DNA from: Rhina ancylostomus | Taxonomy: Eukaryota | DNA length: 64,000 bases | Assembly: GCA_030265395.1 (NCBI GenBank) | Contig: JARFYF010000119.1 | Location: forward strand, 45,697,260-45,761,259 | Reading direction: 5' to 3' | In this document: piece by piece, positions 51,091 through 62,410 of the stretch | How positions within the stretch are numbered: position 1 is the stretch's first letter | How the letters are laid out: every line of letters begins with the position of its first letter | Notes under the pieces: generated by a model | The model's database searches: none | Told to the model about the DNA's origin: nothing | Seen by the model: only the letters and a program-made list of their open reading frames with translations | Program-made: the position numbers and the translations under genes

Positions 51091-51170
51091 AAGGGGATGC
51101 TGAAAAAGAAACACAGACAACAAACCAACCTTCTGGATCTCAGGAGACACAAGAAAAGAGCGAAAGCTAA
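51091..51170 (+). CDS. pkia: cAMP-dependent protein kinase inhibitor alpha, last coding exon (80 nt)
   Basis: Acceptor ttgttcctttttattAG ends at 51090. Phase-1 joining gives EGDAEKETQTTNQPSGSQETQEKSES-TAA, for a total of 76 aa ending in KSES, the same length and C-terminus as mammalian PKI-alpha. Confidence 0.93.
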
Positions 51171-53430
51171 TTTATCTGAAGCTTCTAGAACTTGCTGATT
51201 CGGCTCAACACTTGAGTCTCCTGAAGTCATCAGAGATCATACAGAGAGAGCAGTAAGAAACTGGAAAATGTCTACCTTAGAAGATGGCCATTCAGCATAT
51301 AGACCATTTACATTGTGGACTGAATTTAACACAAGATACAAAATGGATTCTATCTTCCTCTTTCACAATGGTTGAAGAGTTGTTGAACTGAACTATTTAA
51401 ACAAAATAAAAAATGTGATTTATGGGTCAGTTACATCTGCAATTAGCTTTAGGAGGAGGATGGAACCAATTGAGTATCCATTCTGGTTATTAGTATGTCA
51501 GTTGGTCAAGACAGAGTATCCTATCACATTTAAGAAAAAAAAGATTTGGTGATCCACAGAGGAATACAGGTGGACTATAAGCCCTATAGTTGGGAATTGT
51601 AAAATGGGTTTCATTTGATCATTGGAGGTGACCAGAAGTAATGCTTTGCTGATGCCTAAGTGCACTCAATCCAGTTTAACTGAATGCATGTCAACTAGAG
51701 AGTGTGTTTGGTCCAATGTAGTGGAAAGGATAGAAATTCTGTAATATAACTGACCTACTTGGTACTTGCAGTAATTATTTGTAAAAGATTTGCTTTAAGT
51801 CATTGGTGTTGTAAAGAATTTCCAATAGATTATTAAATGTCGAAATTCACCACATTGGAAAGTGGGTCTCTAGGAACCTTGTAGTTTATTATATATCAAT
51901 TGTCACTTTTATAAGCTAAGCATTCCCAGAGACAAATAACCTAATTATCTTATTTGTAAAATATTCCTTCATCTCAATCAACACCAGTTTGTGGAGAGCA
52001 AAATTGTATTGGAAGAATAACTTCTGTCCATGATGATTTTGTCAGAGCCAATTCAAATATAAAAAATATGGTAATATGATAAACTAAACTTTGCATGTGT
52101 ATTTATCAATACTTTCACGGGATTGACTCTTTACATTGGCATAGCTCTTTACATGCTTTCAATGGAATGTCTCCCAGTAACACCCACAGTATACAGTGCT
52201 ATTTTCACCTTTAATCGAACAATACAAATTGTCACCCTATTCACGTCTTTGTTGATTAATGCGCAAGCATATTGAACAGAACATTTTAACTAAGCTGCTT
52301 TTTATTTCTACTGGTAATCCTACTGCAAAGTTGGAAAATTTTACATGCAAAGTAAATATGTTGCTCTCCAGCAAACTTAAAAGGAAAATGTACATCACAT
52401 TTTTAGACTTTTAAAGATTTTTTTCCAAGATGCAAGTAATTATTATGTACTTTTAGAGCTTTGTAAACCTTTGATACACTTTCTGTATTTCTTTTATATT
52501 TGTCAACCATTTGAGATTATGAAATATAGTTTTACTGAAGAATTGTAAAAGATTAACCACATACTGTTTGCAAATTAAGTGTGTCAGTTAACCTTGGACA
52601 AACATTATGTTGTGAAACGTGTGGCTATAATGCAAAGTTTTAATTCTTCTAATAGCATTTTAATCGCTGATCATTTTCAATACCCAGTAGAAGTATAAGC
52701 TAATATCCATGGAATAAATAACGCTTTGCACCATTATCTAAATAACTATTGTTAAACTGTTAGGAGGAAACTTCACACTGGACTTCTGTTTAAGAGGTAA
52801 TGAATGAAAAATTACAATTTAGTGGTGAATTAGTTGAAGACCCAAGTCTCTTGAAGTGCATTGTTTGTCAATATGGAAACTTGTATTTTTGATTTCTTTC
52901 ACATAAAGACTAAATCTGTTGATATTATAGTTCAGTTTTTATCAGTGAAATGTCCAATGTTTGACTCACTTTTGTACATCTTTTTAGTGCCCCTTTATAT
53001 TTTAAAATGTTCTTTTAAACAAATTTAAAAAATTGTTATGTAATTGTGATCCAGAGAACATATCAAATATTTTTAGAAGTCTTTCAGTGGATGTACATTT
53101 TTATTCAATCTTTCTAACAAGATCAGAATTAACCAGATGGAATGTTGTAAAATGGACAATTTGCTAATCAGCCTGTTGTTACACATCTCTCCTAATTTTC
53201 ATTTACATTGAAGTCAATAGAAGTGAATATTTAAGGATGTGTGTAAGGGGCAGCTGATTTCACATCATAGCCAAAGTCAAAATTGTCCTTGGTGTCTTGC
53301 ATTATTCAATGAATTCAATTCATGTGACATGAGAAAAAGTGGTTGGAGAAAGCAGTTTCCAACTGCTGGTGATTGTATGTTTGGTATTCTGTATGTATTT
53401 TCATGAAATAAATTTGCACTTGTGCTTATA
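51171..53430 (+). other. pkia 3'UTR (putative, ~2.3 kb)
   Basis: AT-rich with no recognisable SINE/LINE, unlike the flanks. AATAAA at 51405, 52713 and 53407. Confidence 0.65.
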
Positions 53431-53460
53431 AATGTGAAATAATTTGCACCTTCTTGTGGC
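53374..53460 (+). terminator. Likely main polyadenylation signal of pkia
   Basis: AATAAA at 53407-53412, three upstream TGTA (CFIm) motifs at 53374, 53390 and 53394, and T/GT-rich sequence downstream. Confidence 0.6.
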
Positions 53461-54439
53461 TGACATAAATCTCAGCCTCTGCACACTATATGGCAACAAG
53501 ACTTCAAATATCTGGCAGGTTGCTCTGAAATTATTGGTAATCCATTGCCACAAGCCAACCAATTCAGTAATTCAGTAATTTACTGAATTCAGAATTCAGT
53601 AAAAATTGTACTCCACGAGTGAAAATACAAATAAGAAGTTAATTTTCCTCTGGGCGTGGTGCTCTGTAGTTCATCTTTTGTGCTATGGATTGCACAGCCC
53701 CTGCACAATATTCTCACTGTGTGTTTTTCACATTGTGGGCCTGTGTTGGCTTCAGTAAGTGATGTCCAAGCTGTACCATTGACCGGTTGGGTAGTAATTG
53801 CCCAACTATTATTTGGAAAAATCTTGAAAAGCTAACCCTTGAATTGGTCTGTACATTTCCTTTGACGATGGCAAAACTCCATATTAAAATATCAACACCT
53901 TCAGCAGGACATCATCAGCAATGTAAAAGAGGGCATTAATGTAATGTCTGTTATACATTAAGAAGAACTACAGTAGGACTCAGTTTGACCATTAAGAGAT
54001 TGGATGGAGTTTCTGACTTTGTTTCTTCAACAATGATTTGCCTGTCTTGGCTGTGTTGAAGTGAAAATTTACAGACAGGAGATGATACTTTTTGATAAAG
54101 AGGGGGTGTGAGCAATCCCCGCCTGCCTCCAACATTATTCTGAAACTCTGCAACACAATGTTGACAGGAACAAAAAGAAATGAGCTCATTCAATCGCTCA
54201 GTCAGAGGTGTGAGCAAGCCATAAAGGAAGTACGTGTTTCCTTTAAATGTTCTCGCTCAGAAGAAAACTACTTCTCTGCTGGGATTTTTTTAATTACAAT
54301 TCTTGGACTGAGCAGTTAGATTGCTAAAATGATGTAGCTTAATATACTGATGTAAACTATGTACATTAAGAAACGTCAATATTTACTGAACTGAGTTATT
54401 TCCTCAGATCATTTCATTTATATCCTCTATAACACTATT

Positions 54440-54885
54440 GGGGGCAGGCATGGTAGTGTAGCAGTTAGTGTAACACTATTACAGTGCCAGTGACCAGTGT
54501 TCAATTCCCATCACTGTCCGTAAGGAGTTTGTATGTTCTCCACGTGACTGCGTGGGTTTCCTCTGGGTGCTCTGGTTTCCTCCCACATTCCAAAGACGTA
54601 CAGGTTAGGAAGTTGTGGGCANNNNNNNNNNNNNNNNNNNNNNNNNNNNNNNNNNNNNNNNNNNNNNNNNNNNNNNNNNNNNNNNNNNNNNNNNNNNNNN
54701 NNNNNNNNNNNNNNNNNNNNNTCTGCGTGGGTTTCCTCTGGGTGCTCTGGTTTCCTCCCACATTCCAAAGACGTACAGGTTAGGAAGTTGTGGGCATGCT
54801 ATTGTTGGCGCTGGAAGCGTGACAACACTTGCGGGCTGCCCCCAAAGAGCACTCTACGCAAAAAGATCCATTTCATATCTTGTCT
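54440..54885 (+). mobile_element. V-SINE (HE1-like), with gap-associated duplicated segment
   Basis: Head ggcatggtagtgtagcagttag, V-domain repeated on both sides of a 100-N gap. Confidence 0.9.
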
Positions 54886-55875
54886 CTGATCCCTGCTATT
54901 ATTATAACTGTGATGACTAATCTTTATCAAACACAATGATAAAATTGTCAGAAAAATTGCCAAACTCAAAATTATGACAGCACAGAAGCATGCAGGCAAG
55001 AGTAGCCAAAGTGAACTGTTCCAGGACATTAATCTCATTGAGGGCTTTACACCAAAAGCACAGAAGACCAGCTGCTTATGTGGCAGTCAATACTTGTGAA
55101 GCAGTCTTTAAACTTGGAAGTAGTGCTCCACCACTAACATGCCCTCATTGCTAGGTCTCCCTCCGTGCAGGCGGAGGAGTCTATAGCCAGGAACTGGGGG
55201 ACCAGTCGGAGCTGAAAAAAAACTGCAGGTGTTGGAAATCTGAAATAAAAACAGAAAATGCTGGAAACACTCAACAGGTAGCAGAAAGAGAAACAGAATT
55301 AATGTTTCAGATCTGAAATCATTTTAACAAAGAAAGTGAGAAATCAGATTAGTTTCAGTCATAGAGAATGTAGGGGAGGGATTGATAGAGTAAAAGAAAT
55401 ATCTGATCTCCTGGCAAGATGAGGCAGATTATGCACCTTTGTCTGTATTAAGTAATGCCAATAGCAGAGCTGATCAGCAGACTTGGCTGTACCAACAGGC
55501 AAAGAAAACTTGAGTCAAAATCACAGACAGGCCAAATTGCCAGTTCTAATACAGATAGAAAGAAAACAAGTTTCCCAAAATCGGAGTATTCAATATTGAG
55601 TCAAGCAGGCTGCGACATAGCTAAACAAAAGATGAGGCATTATCCCTCGAGCCTATATTGTGCCTCATTGAAACACAGAGAAAAGTCAGAGCGGGAATGG
55701 GATGGTGAATTCAAGTAGCAGGCAACTGGCAGCTCTGAGGTGCAGACTGAATGTAGGTGTTCCGCAAGGTGATCATGCAATCTGCTTCTGGTTTCTCCAG
55801 TGTAGAGAGGCCACAATGTGAACACCAAATGCAGTACATGGATTAGAGGAAGTGCAAGTAAAATGCTGCTTCATC

Positions 55876-55933
55876 GGGAAGGGTTGGGTCCTTGGACGGT
55901 GGGAAGGGTTGGGTCCTTGGACGGTGGGAAGGG
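55876..55933. repeat. 25-bp tandem duplication inside the Penelope relic
   Basis: gggaagggttgggtccttggacggt x2.3. Confidence 0.9.
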
Positions 55934-56184
55934 AAGAGATTGAAGGACAAGTGTTGCATCTCCAATGGTTGCATGAGAAAGTGTCATACAATGGGGAGCG
56001 GTAGCTGGGGAGAGAAATGCGGACTGGGGATTTGCAAAGGGAGTGATTCCTTCAAAAGGCTGAAGGGGAGAGGAGAGAAAGATGTTTCTGGTGGTGGAAT
56101 CTTGTTAAGCTGGTGGAAATTATGAAGGGTGATCTGTTGAATGTGGAGGCTGGTGGGGTGGAAAGTAAGGATCTCTGTTAGAGT

Positions 56185-56905
56185 CATGGACCTTTGGCCC
56201 AACTAGTCCATGCCATTCAAGATCCTCATATAAGCTAGTCCCATTTCCCATATTGGGCCCATACCCCTCTAAATCTTTCCCATCCATGTACCTGTCCAAG
56301 TTTCTTTTAAATGTTGTTAATGTACCTGACTTAACCATTTCCCCTGGCATCTCATTCCATATACTGACCACCCTCTGGGTGAAGAAGTTGCCCCTAAGGT
56401 TCCTATTAAATCTCTCCCCTCTCACCCTAAACCTATGACCTCTAGTTCTTGATTCCCCAACCCTGGGAAAAAGACTGTGCATTGACCCTATCTATGCCCT
56501 TCATGAATTTATACACCNNNNNNNNNNNNNNNNNNNNNNNNNNNNNNNNNNNNNNNNNNNNNNNNNNNNNNNNNNNNNNNNNNNNNNNNNNNNNNNNNNN
56601 NNNNNNNNNNNNNNNNNGAAAAAGACTGTGCATTGACCCTATCTATGCCTCTCCTGATTTTATACACGACTATAAGATCACCCCTCATTCTCCTACGCTC
56701 CAATGAATAAAGTCCAACCTACTCAACCTCTCTCCATAACTCAGTCTCCTCTGCACTCTTTCCAGCTTAATAGTATCTTTCCTGTAGCAAGGTGACAAAA
56801 ACTGAACGCAATAGTCCAAATGCGGCCTTGCCAATGTCTTGTACAATTGCAGCATCCCAACTTCTATCGTCAATGCCTTGACTGATGAAGGCCTGCGTGC
56901 CAAAA
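56185..56905 (-). mobile_element. CR1 LINE 3' fragment nested in the Penelope-like element
   Basis: LYKTLARPHLDYCVQF; RRRMRGDLIVVYKI; LRGNFFTQRVVSIWN. Confidence 0.92.
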
Positions 56906-58019
56906 GCCTGTTCTTGATTTGTCCAGGAATAGAAGTGAAGGAAATAGATGAGATGCGGCCAAGGACACTGTCCACAGTGGTCGAGGGGAAGCCATGGTTC
57001 AGGAAGGACGAAACATTTCGGAGGCATCTTTGCATAAAATCTCATCATTGAAACAAATGCAAAAGGAGATTGGGAGAATAGAATGGAGCCCAAACAGAAG
57101 GTAGAGTGGAAGGAAGTATAGTCAAAATAGCTGTGGGAGTCTGTGGGCTTGTAATGGATGTTTGCGGCCAGCCTATCCTGAGATGGAGATATGCAGAAAG
57201 GGAAGTGTCAGAGATGGACCATGAGAAGATGAGTGTGGAAATTGGCAGCAAAATTGAGTTCTGCATGATTATTTTGATCAAAACCAATAATTTCATAGAC
57301 CTGTCACCATCTTCTTTCTTGTGGCTCACCAGCCCTTCCCTCCTAGCAATGGTCAGTAAACAATGGCCAAGACAGGACAAACATGTTACCTGTTTAAGCT
57401 GTTGTTCTCAGTCTGCATGCTTTTGTTGGCAGCTGCATCCATTCAAGTGATTGTCAGACTTAACACTCCAAGCAGGTCTCCATGATATCAGTGCAAAGTC
57501 ATGTGAAATTGTGCTGTTCATGTGTGAAACAGACTTCTCAAATCTCAGCAAGCGTGCACAGTGTAGGTGGGATATCTGCCAATACATTACACATTCTTTG
57601 CTGCAACTGCAGCAGTATCTGTTTGTTGATAGCCCTGACATCTAGCCCCCACACCCAGCTGAGCAGAGCTGGGAATATCTTGTGCCCTTTAATGTGAACT
57701 CCTCACTATCGGTCCTTCCACATCTGGAACTCCCACAGTTAGAAAAGCTAAGTCATCCTCTTATTGGTCCCACTGCAGTGAGAGTATCTGAAATGATTCA
57801 TGACTGTACTGGAGGACATGCAAACCCAATTTGCACACCCACAGACAACAAAGTGTTAACAATTCTGAGGAGAGTATTATCAATGAAACCACAGTTAAAT
57901 AGATTCCAGTCTCTGAGATGAAGTTTGCAGTGGGATATATCGGTGTGGTGGGTCATATTAATGTAAGATATGAATCCTGATCAATAGAAAAAAAACAAGT
58001 TCTGGAAGTCAGGCAAATA

Positions 58020-58690
58020 TAGACCGAACTGTCTGTCCTTGGCCTTTTCCACTGCTGACTGGAAGAACAGCACTTCATATTCTTTCTGGGTAGTCTACAA
58101 TCCAATGGCATGAACATTGAATTCTCCAATTTCCGGTTATCTGCTCCCCCTCTGTCCCTTTCTCTCTCTTTCTGATCTACCATGTCCTCCCACACACACC
58201 TTTCTTTACAAACCCACACCCCTCAGCCCCCTACCACCCAGTTTCTTTACCCTACCCCACTTACTCTATCTGCCCATCACCCACACACTCCTCCACTGGG
58301 TCCCTTCCCTCTCCATTGTTCCCAGTCTATCCATCATACCTCCCCTATTTGGTTCCCCTTCATGTATCAGATTCCATAATTGCCTTGACCTATCACCTCT
58401 CAGCTTCTGTCACCATCTCCACCCTTCCCTCCCCCACCTGACCCCATCCGCTAATGAACCCCTCCTCATCTTGATCTACCAATAGCTTGCCCACTCTTGC
58501 CCCACCCTTCCCCTTCATCTCTTTATACCTGTTATCTGCCCTCTACTCATTCAGTCTAGACGAAACGGGCTTGACTCAAAAGATTGGCCATTCATTTCCC
58601 TCCACAGATGCTGCCTGACCTGCTGAGTTCCTCCAGCAGCATGCTTTTTACTCCAGGTTCCAGCATTTCAGTCTCTTGTGTCTCCTGATT
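58020..58690 (+). mobile_element. Penelope-like element 3' end
   Basis: LEEQHFIFFLGSLQSNGMNIEFSNFR (GIY-YIG C-terminus), a pyrimidine-rich spacer and the terminal cagatgctgcctgacctgctgagttcctccagca motif. Confidence 0.85.
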
Positions 58691-61174
58691 GATAGAGATT
58701 GGCTATGGGAGATCAACAGTTTAACACAATCTCCTTCTTGGCTCTGATTTTCTTTTATTCAGTCTTTCTCTGGCATATTCTCCTGCATGTAGGGATGTAG
58801 AAGATTCATCATATGCTCTGTAGCATAACCTAGAGCTAAGTTCATTAATGTTTATGCTGCAAGTGATTGATCTCCTTTTCAACTGCTCATTTACAGTAAG
58901 ATCCACTTCACTAACTCTTTCCATTAATTAATCATTCACAAATACATTGATCAAGGGCCATACTTCTTTCTTGAAGGTGGATTTGGAATTTTGATTTGTC
59001 ATTTAATTGCATTGCATTCAGTGAGGGTTAACATTTATAAATTGTACTGTTCCAGCTGCTTGCCAATATATGTGTAAGGTTTTCTGTTTCTGGCAAGTTG
59101 CAGTTTCAATGATGCTGGGTCTTTGCCCATTGTTTGAACAAAGCCATATCTGAGTTTTTATTGCAAATGAGGCAATGCTGAGATTTTCACCCAAGCATAA
59201 AACAAGCTTAGCTGATCAACTGCCCCTTAAAAGAGCCTTGAGGTAGTAATGACACTTTTCCCTTTACTCAAGCTTCTTGCCTGGTTAGATCTTCCACCAT
59301 TTACTCTACTCAAGCTGCGTCAGTGACAGCGTTGTCCATAAGTACAGTGAAAATCAAAAAACGGCAGATGTTAGAAATCTGAAATAAAATCAGAAAATGC
59401 TGGAAACACTCAGCAGGTCAGACAGGAAAGAGAAACAGAGTTCTTGTTTCTGGTCAACTGTCAGGATTGGGTAAGAGAAAAATGAGTTAGCTTTAAGTTG
59501 CAGAGAAGGTGGTGAGCAAGATGGATAGAGCAAAAGGAGCTTCTGTGAAAAGATGGGAACAGAGACACTGTGGGAATAGCTTTTCAAGGTTCTACGGTCA
59601 ATGAGTTAATGGGAGCAGTTTAGAAGGTGATAATACACACAAAGAAGCTTAAAATGTTGTGAAATGCAGGGCTGAGGATTGTGCCCAATAAATAAGGCTC
59701 TGCTAATGAAGAGGGAAAAACTCCAGTCAATACAACATTTGGATGACTTACAGCAGAAATGTCTAGTTCTGACAGAAAAAGCAAGTTATCTGATGTCATA
59801 AAATTCAATATTGACAAGGCTTCAACACGCCTAGACAGATGATAAGGTGACATTCTTCAAGCTTGCATTAGGTCTCATTATAACAATGCAGGAGCACCAG
59901 ATGGAGAGATCACGGTGATTGTGGGATGGACATACGACGCCTATTAGTGTACTAAATGGGCTTTGTATATAGCACTTGCATGCATTCAAGTGACTGCCAA
60001 AGAGAAAAGGTCAATTATAAAATTGTTAGGCTGGTTTTCACCATGAATCAGCTGTCAGACTTGGTTAACTGGAAGTGCCAAACCTTTAAAGGACATCTGA
60101 GATCATGAATCCATGAAACATTCATATAATCTAAATCAGTTGAAAACCAAAAAATAAACATAAGAATATCAAAAAATAAAATGAACACGGCTTGACAAAA
60201 CTACAATGGGTTAGCAGATTTTGGCTTTGAACATAAGCAGCAGATGCTTGCTGCACGCTTCCTCTTGCACAAGGACTGCTGAGACAAACAATCAGACCTT
60301 CTTTCCCAGAAACTGAATTTGGATTCCTTTTACCACATTGACATGCTTTTATCCTTTCGCTATATTTCCACTATAAACACTGTTTATGTAACTTGGGTCA
60401 ACTTATCAAGTTATAAGGTATCTCTCCTGGGTGATGGATGAAATCGCCCATATCCTCAGCGCACAAACATAGTCATTTTGATTGCTGCTACAACTGCCTT
60501 TTGTTTATCCAAGCTCTCTTACACTTCTAAACGTTTAAAAGTGACATGAAAAATGGCCTGTCTCTTGTTTCTGGACCATGTTTTCAGCTTCACTTGTAAG
60601 TCCAGAAAAGTGCAGGAGCCTGCAGGCTACTACACAATATAGAGAGTGACAAAGGACGATTTAACTACTACTAAATTCATTAATTTTTTGGCTATAATCA
60701 TCATGAGGGCTCCCTGTGGTCACCGTGGCTACAACTACATGTTGCTTTCCCAGCTGTTTTTTTTAACTTCTGAATAACAGCATGGTACTGCCTGTGATCT
60801 GCTTCTCTCTGTGGGCACTGGATGGCTTCACTTAATGCCTCCCATGAATCCCCTAATTGAGGAGGTTATTAGCATTTGTTAACTCATCATATAGGTTCTT
60901 GAGATTCTGCATCGCCAAGTCCACCTGCATAATATTTGCATACTGTTTACGCATTATCACAGTAGCTTGGGTCACTCGTCAATGGAAAAGCTCAACATGA
61001 TTCTGTAACTCTGATATCCTATCCTTCTATCTCCTTATCTTTCCATCCTGAGAAAAAGTAACCTGACAATCCTGCTCCACAATACACAGCAGCATACATA
61101 CTCAAACCCGTTGTCCTATGCTTCTTAAACTTAAAACGTCACTGCACCTTAAAACGGCACTGTCAGGTGTTACA

Positions 61175-61264
61175 AACAATCTGCTGGAGGAACTCAGCAG
61201 GTCAGGCAGCATCTGAGGGAGGAAAGGAACTGTTGACGTTTCGGGTCGAAACCCATCAGGACTG
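61175..61264 (-). mobile_element. Penelope-like terminal repeat with hammerhead-like motif
   Basis: Minus strand reads CAGTCCTGATGGGTTTCGACCCGAAACGTCAACAG next to the conserved terminal motif. Confidence 0.75.
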
Positions 61265-61496
61265 CCAGGTGTGTGTTCAGACACTGTTTTGACAGTGTTC
61301 ACACCCTTCTCAGTCACGTTAACTTTAAAATGTCCCCAAAAATTCTCAGTTGGCATCCTGGTGGACTTTGAGGAGACACAATTGAAAAACAAAAACAGCA
61401 TTTCACAAAGACTCATAAGTGATCCAGCAATAGCTGTCATGCCTGCTGTCTTTTACACAAGTGGTTTCTGAAAAAAATATGCTGGGGAATATGTAG

Positions 61497-61808
61497 CAAT
61501 GCACAAGAAGTGCTGGAGGAATTCAGCAGGTCAGGGAGCACCTATGGAAGGAAAAACCTCCTCCTAGGAATTCCTATCCCGAAGAAGTTTTCCTCCATTT
61601 ATTTCCCTCCATAGATGCTGCCTGACCNNNNNNNNNNNNNNNNNNNNNNNNNNNNNNNNNNNNNNNNNNNNNNNNNNNNNNNNNNNNNNNNNNNNNNNNN
61701 NNNNNNNNNNNNNNNNNNNNNNNNNNNCTGCCTGACCTGCTGAGTTCCTCCAGCACTTTTTGTGTTTTGCTCCAGATTCCAGCATCTGCAGAATTTTTTT
61801 GTCTCTCA
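61497..61808. mobile_element. Inverted pair of Penelope-like termini flanked by a ~15-bp duplication
   Basis: gtgctggaggaattcagcaggtcagg versus cctgacctgctgagttcctccagcac; GCTGG(G)GAATATGTAG at 61481-61496 and 61809-61823. Confidence 0.75.
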
Positions 61809-61829
61809 GCTGGGAATATGTAGAGTATT

Positions 61830-62410
61830 AAAGCACAGAAAAGTAGGCCATTCATCTCTGAGCTGCTCTGCTATTCGATATAGTTATGACTGTTCAACTG
61901 TATCAGTACCATATTCTAACTCTCTTCCCCCACCCTTTGATCTTATGTGTCTAGAAATCTATCTACCTCATTAAATATATTCAGCAACTTGGCCTCTACA
62001 GCTGTCTGCAGCAGACTATTCCACTACCACCTGAGTGAAGAAACTTTTCCTTAGTCCTAAGTGTCTTCCCTGACAACCCTCCCACTGCCGGCCAGGAGAA
62101 ACTTCCTCTCTGCATCCATCAGAATTTTCCACCTTTCAATGAGATATCTCTTTCTGCTAACCTGGACGCGTAATCGACAGTCTCTCATACGATGGTTCTG
62201 CCTTCCCAGGAGTTAGTCTGATGAACTTTTCTTATGTTCTTTCAATGCTGAATGTATCCTTTTTTAGAAAAGGAGACCAAAACTGCACACAATACTCCAG
62301 CTATGGTGTCCATATTCCTCTACTCAAAACCTCTTGCGATGAAGACCAAAATACCACTTGTCTTCTTAATTGTTTGCTGGACCTGTATATTTGGTTCAGT
62401 GACTGGCATA
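61830..62410 (-). mobile_element. Old CR1 3' fragment
   Basis: ggagaccaaaactgcacacaatactcc (reverse of the EYCVQFWSP coding sequence) plus tail. Confidence 0.7.

Larger units (their letters stand above)
55215..57260 (-). mobile_element. Penelope-like retroelement (RT C-terminus, GIY-YIG endonuclease, terminal repeat), decayed
   Basis: YTGETRSRLHDHLAEHLHSV...LPVACYLNSPSHS (GIY-YIG region); YKPTDSHSYFDYT...SILFSQ and SSFLNHGFPSTTVD (RT thumb region). Confidence 0.88.

Noticed and set aside
54545-54800. Apparent tandem duplication within a SINE
   Set aside because: The identical copies sit on either side of an exact 100-N gap, so this is likely unmerged contig overlap. The same pattern occurs at 27755-27893, 56466-56650 and 61615-61740.
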